Positions 44,369 through 54,625 are shown, counted from the first letter of the stretch. The stretch is 64,000 nt of DNA from Candidatus Omnitrophota bacterium (GCA_003154195.1 PMCS01000029.1:304960-368959), one strand, 5' to 3'. Notes: generated by a model from the letters alone, not told the origin. Numbers and translations are program-made.

Positions 44369-46063
44369 ATGCGTAATAGTATTATCTATTTATTAATCTT
44401 TCTTGCTGTTTTAGGAGTGCTTAGCCCTATTGTATTTCTACGTACCTGGCCCCTGACCCATGATACTTCCCGGTATATTGTCCTTTTGGACCATTTTCGC
44501 GCGGCATTTCTCCAGGGGATAATCTATCCTCGTTGGCTTCCCAATCTATACGGCGGTTATGGGTACCCTACTTTTTTATTTTACCAGCCGGGATTTTTCT
44601 ATTTTGCTCTCCCTTTTACTTTTCTTCCCGGGTATCCGGAAAATGCCATACCCCTGGCGGTAATTTTCTTATTCTTTCTCGGCACCGCCGGCGCTTACCG
44701 CCTTTGTAAGGAAATATCTTCCGATAACATGACCGCGCTGTTTTGTTCGCTTTTATTTTTGTTAACGCCCTATCTCTACGTAAATTTTTATGTCCGCGGC
44801 GATTTAAGCGAATTAATGGCGATGTTGCTGTGCCCCTGGCCTTTATATTTTTTGATCAAGCTGAAGAAAAATATTTTTTCGCTTAAATACACAATCAGTT
44901 TGCTTGCTGCTTTAAGCATGGTTTTTATTTCTCACCCGGCAACCGCTTTATTTTTTATCTTGGTTTTTTGCGTTTTTGTCATAGCGCTTTTTTTTGATCT
45001 GCCTTTGGCTTCGCGTAAAAGTTTTCTCATCAACGCGGCGTTTGTGGCTATTGCCGCCGGGATTTTAACTTCGCCGTACTGGTTCACCATATTTAAAATG
45101 AAACCCTATGCTAATATTGAGGTAGTAACCGAAAATTATTTTTTGTGGGAACGCCATTTTGTCTCTGTCCCCCAATTATTTTTGCGCTACCGGGAATTTA
45201 GCGCTTCAGTCCCGGGCCGGGCTGACGTGTCTTTTCAACTGGGAGCATTCCATTTTCTTTTTGCCTTATGCGGTTTTGTAGCCATGCGGCGTAAAAAGGT
45301 TATTGCAGTATCTTTTTTTCTGTATCTATTTTTAATTTTTCTGATGACGCCTTACAGCGCGCCATTATGGCGATGTATTCCTTTTATGAAGTTTGTACAG
45401 TTCCCCTGGAGGATTTTATCGGTTACCGCCACCTTACAGGTTATTTGTGCTTGCGGTATCGCCGCGCTTTTCTCCACGAGTTTTTCCTCCGGGCGTAAAG
45501 TAAGCCTGATGGTGATGTTGCTGGCGCTGATGTTGTTATGGTATTCCCCGCAGTTTAAAATATCCGGCACGCTGGATATCGACGCTTCTCTACGCGAGGC
45601 AAAGATCCCGGAAATTACGCGGTTTGATACCTATACGGCATATAATGAATTTTTACCTAAAGCGGCGCTGGGGAAAACTTTTTTATCCAGCCGTTTCAAT
45701 ACGGGGATGCTTTCGCTAAGCGGATCAGCAAACTGTATTCCTTTTAAAGATAATAGCGAATACCGGCTTCATTATCAAGTCAAGGCTGCCTCGAGGGTAG
45801 TGGCGCGGATTAACCAGCTTTATTTTCCGGGTTGGAAGGTTATGGTTAATGGTAAAACTATTTCGTCTCTATTTCTGGAGAAGAATATTTCAGAAGACCC
45901 GCGGATATTCTTCGTTTTACCCGGGGCCGGAGATTATGAGATTGAAGCATTTTACGACGGCCCGCCGGGTCATTTTAAACATAATATTATAAACGCTTTT
46001 TTAATGACGGTACTAGGCGTTGTTTTAGTTTATTACCGACGGGAGTTGTCAGCTAAGGCCTAA
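44369..46063 (+). CDS. Large polytopic membrane protein, putative GT-C-like glycosyltransferase
   Basis: 564 aa, at least 12 TM helices, conserved-looking loop RWLPNLYGGYGYPTFLFYQPGFFY, and a C-terminal beta-rich domain. Confidence 0.4.
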   Translation: MRNSIIYLLIFLAVLGVLSPIVFLRTWPLTHDTSRYIVLLDHFRAAFLQGIIYPRWLPNLYGGYGYPTFLFYQPGFFYFALPFTFLPGYPENAIPLAVIFLFFLGTAGAYRLCKEISSDNMTALFCSLLFLLTPYLYVNFYVRGDLSELMAMLLCPWPLYFLIKLKKNIFSLKYTISLLAALSMVFISHPATALFFILVFCVFVIALFFDLPLASRKSFLINAAFVAIAAGILTSPYWFTIFKMKPYANIEVVTENYFLWERHFVSVPQLFLRYREFSASVPGRADVSFQLGAFHFLFALCGFVAMRRKKVIAVSFFLYLFLIFLMTPYSAPLWRCIPFMKFVQFPWRILSVTATLQVICACGIAALFSTSFSSGRKVSLMVMLLALMLLWYSPQFKISGTLDIDASLREAKIPEITRFDTYTAYNEFLPKAALGKTFLSSRFNTGMLSLSGSANCIPFKDNSEYRLHYQVKAASRVVARINQLYFPGWKVMVNGKTISSLFLEKNISEDPRIFFVLPGAGDYEIEAFYDGPPGHFKHNIINAFLMTVLGVVLVYYRRELSAKA

Positions 46064-46105
46064 TTATCTGATAATTACTTGCGCAGATTACCGTAGCGCA
46101 GTAAA

Positions 46106-48154
46106 ATGAATTCTATGAATTTTTTTCAAAAAGAAAACAGAGACCACATAGTTATTGTTTTTCTTATTTTTTACGCCGTCCTCTTGTATTCCAGCTCTCT
46201 GCAGGCGCCTTTTTATTTTGACGATTCGCACATGATCGCGAATAATCTTTTTATTAAAAACCCCAGGTATCTCATCTGGATTTTAAAAGGTTATGTTACC
46301 AGCTTTACTATCGCTAAGGGGATGATGCTCCGGCCGTTGCTGATGGTTACTTTTGCCGCAAATTACTGGACCGGCGGCTTGAATCCCGTCGGCTATCATA
46401 TTTTCAATATTCTTTTCCATTTCTTATGCGCCGTTTTTCTTTACCTTTTTTTAAAATTCCTGAAAAAAGACGCGCCGGCCGGGCTGATATTTCTTATCAC
46501 TCTTTTATTCCTGGCGCATCCCTTGAATACGGAAGCCGTTACTTATTTATCCAGCCGTTCCGATTTGATGGTCACTTTGTTTATTGGGTTAGCATTTTTA
46601 CTTTACCTTAAAGGTAAAGCCGTGGCGGCCGTTTTATGCTATCTGTGCAGTTTGCTTACTAAAGAAACTGGTTTATGCTTGCCCCTGCTTGCTTTAGCCT
46701 ACGATTTTATTTTCGCGTCGTCCGCCGCCGATTGCCGCGGGCCGACAGCGGTTTCCCCGGGGCGTGATGTTCTTAAATCGGGGAAAGAAAAAAAGTGGTA
46801 TTTTTACGCGTTTCTGGTTTTGACCACAGTTCTTTATCTTTTTTATAAGAAGACATTTTTTGCTGAGCCTCTCTCGACGCCGCTGCGTTCTTATTATTCC
46901 AACATTCTTATCCAGTCCGCTGTTACTTTTTTTTATCTTAAATTATTCTTCTGGCCTCACCCTTTGATTCTGGTGCATAATTTTCCGGAATTTAACAATA
47001 TCCTCGATCCTATTGCTTTTCTATCGTTTTTGGGGATAGTCGTTTTGGTTATTTTAATTTTTGCCGCAAGAAAGGAATATCCCCTTTTTTCTTTCGGCCT
47101 GGCCTGGTATTTGATTTGCCTTCTTCCTAAATTTTACGCCCGGCTCAATTATACCGCCTGCGAGCACCATTTCTATCTTCCTTCCCTGGGCATCTACATC
47201 ATCCTGCTGGCTGTTTTGCAAAAACTATATGTAAAATACAAACGTTATTTTTTATATCCCGCAGCCGGGATTATTATTATTTGCACACTGCTGGTTTGGC
47301 TAAGAAATTATGAATGGAGTGATGAGTTTCGGTTTTGGAAATTAACGGCCTTGCGCGAACCGCTGTCCAGTAACGCCCACAGTCAATTGGGGGTAGAATA
47401 TATTCGAAGAGGGTTTGTCGACGAGGCTAAGGGTGAGTTTGAAACGGCCCTGCGTTTATCCGATAAATTACCCAGTATTATTAATAATAAAGGCAATCTT
47501 GCGGGTATCTACCGCAGGAAGAAAGATTACACGAAAGCTATATCTTTATTGAACGAACTTACTAAAATTTATCCGGCGCCGCCCAGGGTATATGAAAATA
47601 TGGGGATTATTTATATGGAAATGGGCAGGGAGTCGGAGGCTTTGCGCGCGTGGGTGAAAGAGTTAAGAAATTACCCCCAGTCTCCGGGAATTTATGTCAT
47701 GCTGGGGTTGTATGAGCTTGATCACAAGAAGAATGTGGACCGGGCGCAAAAACTTTTTCAAGAAGCTTTGCGCTTAGAACCGGATGATTATCTGGGTTAT
47801 TATGGCTTGGGGAGAGTGGAGGATAATAGAGGAAATATCGCGCAAGCCGTCGCTTACTACACCAAATCTATTTTCCTGGCTCCCTACTTTTTTGACGCCC
47901 ATTACGCTTTAGGTTTTGTTTATTCCCGAATGGGAGATTTGCGCGCTATAGAGGAATTTAAAACAGCGATTAAGCTCGACCCTTCCGCCGGCCGGGTTTA
48001 TAACGATTTAGCGGTTTTTTACGCCTCCCTTAAAGAGCCGGATTGGCTGTCGGCAAACGTTTATGCTCAAAAGGCAAAACTATCGGGATATTCCGTGAGC
48101 GGCGAATTTTTGGAAATAGTCGATAAAAATCTTAAAAAACAAAATTTGCGCTAA
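46106..48154 (+). CDS. TMTC-like transmembrane glycosyltransferase with TPR repeats, paralog 4
   Basis: FYFDDSHMIANNLFIKNP, DUF1736-like core, and a long C-terminal TPR array. Confidence 0.65.
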   Translation: MNSMNFFQKENRDHIVIVFLIFYAVLLYSSSLQAPFYFDDSHMIANNLFIKNPRYLIWILKGYVTSFTIAKGMMLRPLLMVTFAANYWTGGLNPVGYHIFNILFHFLCAVFLYLFLKFLKKDAPAGLIFLITLLFLAHPLNTEAVTYLSSRSDLMVTLFIGLAFLLYLKGKAVAAVLCYLCSLLTKETGLCLPLLALAYDFIFASSAADCRGPTAVSPGRDVLKSGKEKKWYFYAFLVLTTVLYLFYKKTFFAEPLSTPLRSYYSNILIQSAVTFFYLKLFFWPHPLILVHNFPEFNNILDPIAFLSFLGIVVLVILIFAARKEYPLFSFGLAWYLICLLPKFYARLNYTACEHHFYLPSLGIYIILLAVLQKLYVKYKRYFLYPAAGIIIICTLLVWLRNYEWSDEFRFWKLTALREPLSSNAHSQLGVEYIRRGFVDEAKGEFETALRLSDKLPSIINNKGNLAGIYRRKKDYTKAISLLNELTKIYPAPPRVYENMGIIYMEMGRESEALRAWVKELRNYPQSPGIYVMLGLYELDHKKNVDRAQKLFQEALRLEPDDYLGYYGLGRVEDNRGNIAQAVAYYTKSIFLAPYFFDAHYALGFVYSRMGDLRAIEEFKTAIKLDPSAGRVYNDLAVFYASLKEPDWLSANVYAQKAKLSGYSVSGEFLEIVDKNLKKQNLR

Positions 48155-48205
48155 CTTAAAAAATTACCACAGACAAGCCGCCGTCCGGGGAATGCCTGTT
48201 TGGTT

Positions 48206-48230
48206 GCCTCGCTTTGCGGTCGAAGCGGGC
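48206..48230 (+). promoter_or_regulatory. Conserved hairpin motif GCCTCGCTTTGCGGTCGAAGCGGGC (copy 1 of 2)
   Basis: The stem CGCUUUG/CGAAGCG carries a U-G wobble where the copy at 55531 has a C-G pair. Sits in the 5' region of TMTC-like paralog 5. Confidence 0.5.
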
Positions 48231-48274
48231 CGTCAGGCAAGCGCGGCACATTTTCCCGGTTGAGGAATAGAAAA

Positions 48275-49954
48275 ATGAACCGCAGCAAATACACCGCTAT
48301 TTTTTTTATATCAATATTGGGTATCATCGGCTACGTTAATTCCTCCAACGGTAGATTTATCCTCGACGATAAGATGTTGGTGAGGGACAATGCGTATATA
48401 AGAAGTTTTTCCCGCTTTCCCAGTCTTTTTGCTTCCGATATCGGTTCCGGCGCAGGCTGCACCGCAGGCTACTTTCGTCCCATCCCGATGTTAAATTATA
48501 CACTGGACTATCATTTATGGAAGCTGGATCCCCGCGGGTATCATTTAAGCAATATTATCCTGCATATTCTTGTCGCGCTTTGCGCGTATTGGTTGGCTGA
48601 TATTATTTTTGCCGAAAATATTCTTTCAACGCTGGTGGGAATATTTTTTGTAATTCACCCTATCCAGACCGAAGCCGTGTCTTATATTTCTTCGCGTTCG
48701 GAATTATTGATGGGATTGTTTTCATTCCTTTGTTTTATTTTCTATCTAAAATATTCCGTAAGTGAACCGGCGAAACGGTTGTCAAGTATTGGTTTCTTTT
48801 CCCTCATGTCGCTAAGTTATATTATCGCTCTTCTTTCCAAAGAGACGGCCTTGGTTGTCCCCGTGTTGATTTTGCTTTATAGCTGCGCCTTCGGCAAAAA
48901 AACTAAAAAAAATGCCCTGGCGGGTTTATTGATCGCAGCTATTCTTTACGTAATTTTTAGATCAACCATTTTTCAATCCGTGCCTGTCCATATGGATAGA
49001 TTTGCTACCGTTGTCCCGAGAATTCCGGGAATATTTGTCGCCCTGGTCAAGTATCTTTCGCTGTTGTTATTTCCTTTCGGCACGCATATGAATTATGGAC
49101 TTAAGTTTTTTAGCTTTTTCGACCCGAATGTGCTTGCCGCTGCTATTATCGTCGCCGTTTTAATAATATATACGATAAAAAAAAGGAAGCTTTACCCGCT
49201 TTTATTTTTTTCAGCCGGATGGTTTTTCGTCACGCTGCTGCCCGCTTTAAATATTTATCCGCTCGATTCTTACATGGCGGAACGCTATCTATACCTGCCG
49301 TCTTGGGGATTTTTTTTAGCCCTTGCCTGGGGCTTGAGCCGTTTGTACAAAAATAATAAACTATGGTGTTTGGGCTTGAGCGCATTTTTAATCGTGTCTT
49401 ATTCATTCCTGACTATTAAACAAAATAACTACTGGAAAGATCCGATCAGCCTTTATGGGGCGACGCTTAGGCAGGAACCGGATAACTACCGTATTCATGA
49501 GGCGCTTGCCGGAGAATACTATCTTGAAGGAAGAGTGAATAAAGCCATAGAGGAGTATCTGAAAGCGATAGAAATCAATCCCGGTTATGGCCGGGCATAT
49601 GGTAATCTCGGTAATGTTTTTTGCAAACAGGGAAAAATTAAACAGGCGGTTTTTATGTACATGAAGGCAATAAATTCCCGTTCAGAAAAAGACGTTATCG
49701 GCGCGGCGTATTATAATCTGGGTAATTTATATCTTTCGATAGGAAAAGACAGCCAGGCAGTTGAATTATATAGAAAAGCCGTGGAAATCATCCCCGCCAT
49801 GGCCGCGGCGCATAATAATTTAGCCGTGCTTTATTATTATAACAAAGACTACGGGCTTGCGGTTAAGCATTATAACCAGGCAAGGAAGCTCGGCTATAAT
49901 GTTCATCCGGACTTTAAAAAGGCAATCGATAATTATGCGGGTACAACTCGTTAG
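48275..49954 (+). CDS. TMTC-like transmembrane glycosyltransferase with TPR repeats, paralog 5
   Basis: FILDDKMLVRDNAYIRSF and C-terminal TPRs. The ORF is open from 48200; the first Met before the TM segment is at 48275. Confidence 0.65.
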   Translation: MNRSKYTAIFFISILGIIGYVNSSNGRFILDDKMLVRDNAYIRSFSRFPSLFASDIGSGAGCTAGYFRPIPMLNYTLDYHLWKLDPRGYHLSNIILHILVALCAYWLADIIFAENILSTLVGIFFVIHPIQTEAVSYISSRSELLMGLFSFLCFIFYLKYSVSEPAKRLSSIGFFSLMSLSYIIALLSKETALVVPVLILLYSCAFGKKTKKNALAGLLIAAILYVIFRSTIFQSVPVHMDRFATVVPRIPGIFVALVKYLSLLLFPFGTHMNYGLKFFSFFDPNVLAAAIIVAVLIIYTIKKRKLYPLLFFSAGWFFVTLLPALNIYPLDSYMAERYLYLPSWGFFLALAWGLSRLYKNNKLWCLGLSAFLIVSYSFLTIKQNNYWKDPISLYGATLRQEPDNYRIHEALAGEYYLEGRVNKAIEEYLKAIEINPGYGRAYGNLGNVFCKQGKIKQAVFMYMKAINSRSEKDVIGAAYYNLGNLYLSIGKDSQAVELYRKAVEIIPAMAAAHNNLAVLYYYNKDYGLAVKHYNQARKLGYNVHPDFKKAIDNYAGTTR

Positions 49955-51323
49955 ATACCAGGATCTGGCAAATATAAACACGCGGTTGGCGCAAAGTTTG
50001 AATAAACACCAGGGCGTCTTACCTCCTTTGGGTATAGCCTATATTGCCTCTTCTCTCGAAAAAGCGAATCATGACGTTGATATCATTGATGCAATCGCGC
50101 TTAAAATGTCAAGAGATCAGGTGCGGCGCCGGATAAGAGAATTCCACCCGGATGTTGTCGGGATTACGGCAATGACCCCTACTTTTCCAGGCGCGAAAGA
50201 AGCCGCGTGGCTGGCGAAACAAGAAGGCGCGATAACCGTGATGGGCGGCGTGCATATGGCGATTTTTGCCGAAGAAACATTATCTTATGATTATGTTGAT
50301 TTTGGCGTAATCGGAGAAGCCGAGGAAACGATTGTTGAGCTGTGCGCCGCGATAGAAAATAAACAGCCATTCGAGCCGATCAAAGGGTTGGCTTTTAAAA
50401 AAGACGGCAAGATTATTGCCGGCCGGCCGAGAATCATAGAAGATTTAGATAGTTTGCCGATGCCGGCGTACCATCTTTTGCCGATGGATAAATATTCTTC
50501 CATCATCGGTTTGCACCCTGTTTCTACCATGATGGCTTCGCGCGGCTGCCCTTACCGGTGTGGTTTTTGTTATAAGACCCCTTCGGACGTCAAGCATCGT
50601 TATCGAAATTACGCGCAGGTTGCCGATGAGATGGAATTTCTTATCAAAAATTATCGCGTCAAAGAAATAATGTTCTATGATGACCTGATGATGCCGCAAT
50701 TTGTGGAAAACTTATGCAATGAGATTTTAAAACGTAAGTTAAAAATCGCCTGGCAGTCTCCCCAAAGAGTAAATTTAGTAACCTTCCCCTTGCTGAAGTT
50801 GATGAAAAAAGCGGGATGCCGTATGCTCAGGTATGGTATCGAGCAGGGCGATCCGGAAATGATGCGGCTGATTGAAAAAAATATTACTTTGCAAGGGGCA
50901 AAAGATGCGTTGCGCTGGACGCATCAGGCCGGCATAGAGACTTTTACTTATTATATTATCGGATATCCCGGCGAAAACGAAAGAACGGTTAGGGCGACGA
51001 TCAACCTTGCCAAGGAGTTGGATTCGCGTTATGCTATGTTCACTAAAGCGGTGCCTCTACCGGGAACAAAATTAATGGAATCGGCGGCTGGGAAGGGGCT
51101 GGTTGAACAAGATTATTGGCGTAAATTCATTTTGGGGCAAAATGTTAAACCGCTGCCTGATTTTATCCCGGGAACGGAAAAGTGGGTAGAGCGCGCGTAT
51201 AAAGAATTTTATTTGCGGCCGGCTAAAATAATAAAACAAATCGCGAGCATTCGCGGGTGGGAGGATATTAAAAAAAGTATCGCCGGTTTTATGGGGTTGG
51301 TAAATTTTAAAATGAGAGAATAA
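49935..51323 (+). CDS. B12-binding domain radical SAM enzyme (class B radical SAM family)
   Basis: N-terminal cobalamin-binding-like Rossmann domain (IAYIASSLEKANHDVDIIDA) and the radical SAM cluster motif CPYRCGFC. The ORF is open from 49857, so it overlaps the upstream gene. Confidence 0.75.
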   Translation: MRVQLVRYQDLANINTRLAQSLNKHQGVLPPLGIAYIASSLEKANHDVDIIDAIALKMSRDQVRRRIREFHPDVVGITAMTPTFPGAKEAAWLAKQEGAITVMGGVHMAIFAEETLSYDYVDFGVIGEAEETIVELCAAIENKQPFEPIKGLAFKKDGKIIAGRPRIIEDLDSLPMPAYHLLPMDKYSSIIGLHPVSTMMASRGCPYRCGFCYKTPSDVKHRYRNYAQVADEMEFLIKNYRVKEIMFYDDLMMPQFVENLCNEILKRKLKIAWQSPQRVNLVTFPLLKLMKKAGCRMLRYGIEQGDPEMMRLIEKNITLQGAKDALRWTHQAGIETFTYYIIGYPGENERTVRATINLAKELDSRYAMFTKAVPLPGTKLMESAAGKGLVEQDYWRKFILGQNVKPLPDFIPGTEKWVERAYKEFYLRPAKIIKQIASIRGWEDIKKSIAGFMGLVNFKMRE

Positions 51324-52204
51324 TGAGTATTGTAAAATATTTATTTTTATCTATACGGCCGAAGCAGTGGATCAAAAATTTGTTTATCATCTTACCGTTG
51401 ATCTTCGGCAGGAAACTTTTTTTTTACCCGGACAATGGCAGGGCTTTTTTAGCGCTTTTACTTTTTTCTTTAACCAGTAGCGCCGTCTATCTATTGAACG
51501 ATATTATTGATATTGAGAAAGATAAGTTCCATCCGGTTAAATCAAGCCGGCCGCTCGCTTCCGGAAAAATCAGCGTAAGAGATGCCGCTATTGTTTCAGC
51601 CCTATTGGGAATTGTTTCTACTTTTTTTTCTTTTGTCCTGGATATCGGCTTGGGATGGACAGTCATCGCCTATCTTGGCGTTAACCTTTTCTACTCTCTT
51701 TTTCTGAAGAATATAGTAATCATTGATATATTTTGCGTGGGTTGTTTTTTCCTTTTGCGTATCCTGGCCGGCGGTTTTGCCGCGCATGTTTTAATATCTC
51801 ACTGGATTATAATTATGACTTTTTTTCTCGCGCTTTTTTTAGGCTTTGTCAAAAGGCGCCAGGAGTTAATCATGCTGGAAGAAAACTCTGCTTATCATCG
51901 AACAGTTTTAAGCAAATATAATTCTTATTTTATCGACCAGTTGATAACAGTAATCGTTTCTTCAATTGTGGTGAGTCATATGTTGTATACCGTAGACGCC
52001 AGGACGGTAAAGGAATTCGGTAGCCGGCATTTGCTTTACAGCGTTCCTTTTGTTTATTATGGAATTTTTCGTTATCTTTATCTAATACATAAGGCTAAAA
52101 CCGACGGCGATCCTACGAATATTTTATTGTCGGATAGGCCGCTGCAGGCCGCGGTTATTTTTTGGGTTATTGTTTGTATCGCGGTGGTTTATTTTGGCCT
52201 CTAA
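51323..52204 (+). CDS. UbiA-family prenyltransferase, decaprenyl-phosphate phosphoribosyltransferase (DPPR synthase)-like
   Basis: RPKQWIKN...SAVYLLNDIIDIEKDKFHP...RPLASGKIS...RILAGGFAA...VKRRQEL closely parallels the mycobacterial Rv3806c-type sequence pattern, including the NDxxDxxxD motif. Confidence 0.7.
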   Translation: MSIVKYLFLSIRPKQWIKNLFIILPLIFGRKLFFYPDNGRAFLALLLFSLTSSAVYLLNDIIDIEKDKFHPVKSSRPLASGKISVRDAAIVSALLGIVSTFFSFVLDIGLGWTVIAYLGVNLFYSLFLKNIVIIDIFCVGCFFLLRILAGGFAAHVLISHWIIIMTFFLALFLGFVKRRQELIMLEENSAYHRTVLSKYNSYFIDQLITVIVSSIVVSHMLYTVDARTVKEFGSRHLLYSVPFVYYGIFRYLYLIHKAKTDGDPTNILLSDRPLQAAVIFWVIVCIAVVYFGL

Positions 52205-52385
52205 TTAAAATTATTTATCGAAACGGGCGCAGTTTTTTGATTTTGTCAAAGGCGGGGAATGGAGTATAATATACTGGAAGAGGCTAAAGGCGCTTCGCTT
52301 AATTCTCATGGGACATTAAGCGTGGTGGGTTTAGCTGAAAGAAATAATTGTGGCGGGCGACCGGGTTTCATTGAGGAGGCGAATA

Positions 52386-52973
52386 ATGAAAGGAAGAATT
52401 TTAAGAAGGAAATACCTGATTCATCCCTCGAGCCAGCTTAAATATATTGCCATGAGCATCTTGCCTACTTTATTGGTAAGCATTTTTGGGATATACTTTT
52501 TAGTCAGAAGCGGGGAGTTTATTTTTTTGATTGAGAAGGAGCAATTTTCTGCCGGAACGTCTTCTATCGATTTGACTATTCAGCAGCTGGAACGTGAAGC
52601 TTATCCTCGCGAAGCGGTGACCAAAATCAAAGTGTTAAAGAGTGACTTGCTTTCTTTGCGCAGCCTCTTAGATACTTCTTATTATGACGCCGTAAAAAAA
52701 TGGAACGATACAAAATCGGCGATGATACTTATTTTAGCCGCAGTTATCGTTTTTTCCGCGGTATTATCCCTTCTGTATTCCCATAGAATTGCCGGGCCGA
52801 TTTTCCGGTTGCGCCGGTCGATTGACATGCTCAGCCAGGGCCAGGATATACCGCCGGTTCACGTTCGCCGCTACGATGAATTTAAAGAATTGGCCGAATC
52901 GGTAGAACAATTGCGGGAAACCCTTAAAAAAAAGGGTATCCTGGGCTGGAGGGAAGATTCCAGCCATCGCTGA
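52386..52973 (+). CDS. Membrane protein with a HAMP linker domain and no obvious output domain
   Basis: Two TM helices flanking a periplasmic segment, then HAMP-like RIAGPIFRLRRSIDMLSQGQD. RBS GAGGAGG before the ATG at 52386. Confidence 0.5.
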   Translation: MKGRILRRKYLIHPSSQLKYIAMSILPTLLVSIFGIYFLVRSGEFIFLIEKEQFSAGTSSIDLTIQQLEREAYPREAVTKIKVLKSDLLSLRSLLDTSYYDAVKKWNDTKSAMILILAAVIVFSAVLSLLYSHRIAGPIFRLRRSIDMLSQGQDIPPVHVRRYDEFKELAESVEQLRETLKKKGILGWREDSSHR

Positions 52974-53011
52974 TAGTTTTATTTAAAATAATTTCTTTAA
53001 AAATATGAAGG

Positions 53012-54517
53012 TTGCCGATGGGGAAGATAAAAGACGGCATATCGCATAATTTAGCTTTGTTTATCGCTGTTTGTTTTGTTGTCGCTTATTTTGCTTTTCT
53101 TCAATTTCTCTCGCCGGCTTTATACTGTCCCGATAGCTACTATCATATCAGCGTCTCCCGGTTTATAAAAGATTACGGCCCGCGCTACGATTTTCACTGG
53201 GCTCAAATTTCCACGTTTAAATATGCCTTCTCCGATAAGGACTTTTTATTCCACGTTTTAAGTATACCTTTTTTGTATCTTTCGAAAAATATAATTTTCG
53301 CGGGAAAATTGGCGGTGGTTTTCTTTAATATCTTTTTTGTATTTAGCTATGTTTTTATTTTGCGAAAATATGTCCAGCCTTTTTTAGCCGCCTGCATTTT
53401 AATCCTGCCGTTATCTTCTTATTTATTTTCCATTTACTTTCTATATCTCCGCAGCATCACTCTGGCTAATATTTTTATGATTTTTAGTATCTATTTTCTT
53501 ATCAATAAAAAGTGGATTACAGTTTTTGTCCTGGCTTTATTGTATCCGCTTGCCCATATTTCTTTTTTTACCGTAATAATTTTTGCTTTTATTTGCGAAA
53601 TAATAAGATATTTTTGCAAAAAAGAATTTTTTTCTCATAACCTCTATGCGGTTATCCTGGGCTCGGTTTTAGGATGTTTTATCCATCCCAATTGCCCCAA
53701 CAATTTACTATCGTTTTATCTCAACGGTTTTTTAGTGCCTTTGCATACGTTAAATAATACCGGTGCAGATTTAGCCAGGGAGCTTTTTTCTTCCCCGGCA
53801 CGTGCTATTTTTATCGACAATTTCGCCGTATTCTTCACCATCAATCTTGTTTTTTGGCTCTTGTTCTGCCTAAAGATAAACGTAAGTTTTTCGACTCTGG
53901 TATGGTGGGGATGCACGACGATCTATCTGGTATTGGGTTTTTGGTCAAACCGCTACTGGTATCAGGTAAACATTTTATTTTTTATTTTTTTTGCCTCGTT
54001 CATAAAAGACTGGGGTATAGAAAAGAACCGGCAAAATTTTTCAAAAAGAATAAATATTCTCCTTGTCGCGTATTTTGCGCTGATTTTTATAGCAAGCTCC
54101 GCGGGTTTTGAAGATTTAAAAATTTCTATGCGACACAAAATAGCAGACCATATTTATTATGAAGATATCAGCCGCTGGATGGAGAAAAATATCCCCGCCG
54201 GCGAGACAATTTACCATACGGCGGTAAGCGATTCCCCATTTTTTATATGCTTAAATCCCAAGAATAATTATTTCGTTGTTTTAGACCCCATTTACATGTA
54301 TTATCCTTACCCCAAAATTTATGCGCTTTATCGCGATTTAGGGAACGGGAAGGTGCGCGTTCCCGCCGAGGTTTTAAGAAAAGTGTTTAACGTTGGCTAC
54401 GGGTTCGTCAGGAAGGATAGGGCGTTATGCGGACAAATTAAAAACGATCACGTTAATTTCAAAATTCTTTACGAGAATGAGATAGGTATTGTTTTCAAAA
54501 TAAATAAAACTTGCTAA
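53012..54517 (+). CDS. Large polytopic membrane protein, putative GT-C-like glycosyltransferase
   Basis: 501 aa with at least 11 TM helices, a first-loop motif YCPDSYYH, and a C-terminal soluble domain. Confidence 0.35.
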   Translation: MPMGKIKDGISHNLALFIAVCFVVAYFAFLQFLSPALYCPDSYYHISVSRFIKDYGPRYDFHWAQISTFKYAFSDKDFLFHVLSIPFLYLSKNIIFAGKLAVVFFNIFFVFSYVFILRKYVQPFLAACILILPLSSYLFSIYFLYLRSITLANIFMIFSIYFLINKKWITVFVLALLYPLAHISFFTVIIFAFICEIIRYFCKKEFFSHNLYAVILGSVLGCFIHPNCPNNLLSFYLNGFLVPLHTLNNTGADLARELFSSPARAIFIDNFAVFFTINLVFWLLFCLKINVSFSTLVWWGCTTIYLVLGFWSNRYWYQVNILFFIFFASFIKDWGIEKNRQNFSKRINILLVAYFALIFIASSAGFEDLKISMRHKIADHIYYEDISRWMEKNIPAGETIYHTAVSDSPFFICLNPKNNYFVVLDPIYMYYPYPKIYALYRDLGNGKVRVPAEVLRKVFNVGYGFVRKDRALCGQIKNDHVNFKILYENEIGIVFKINKTC

Positions 54518-54625
54518 AGGAAAAAAATAGTTTATCATAAAAAATATGAACCCCGTTAGACCTTTGCGCAAAAAAATATGCGCAATTTCCTTGATTTTTC
54601 AAAGTCTAACGGGGGGTAATCTTGC

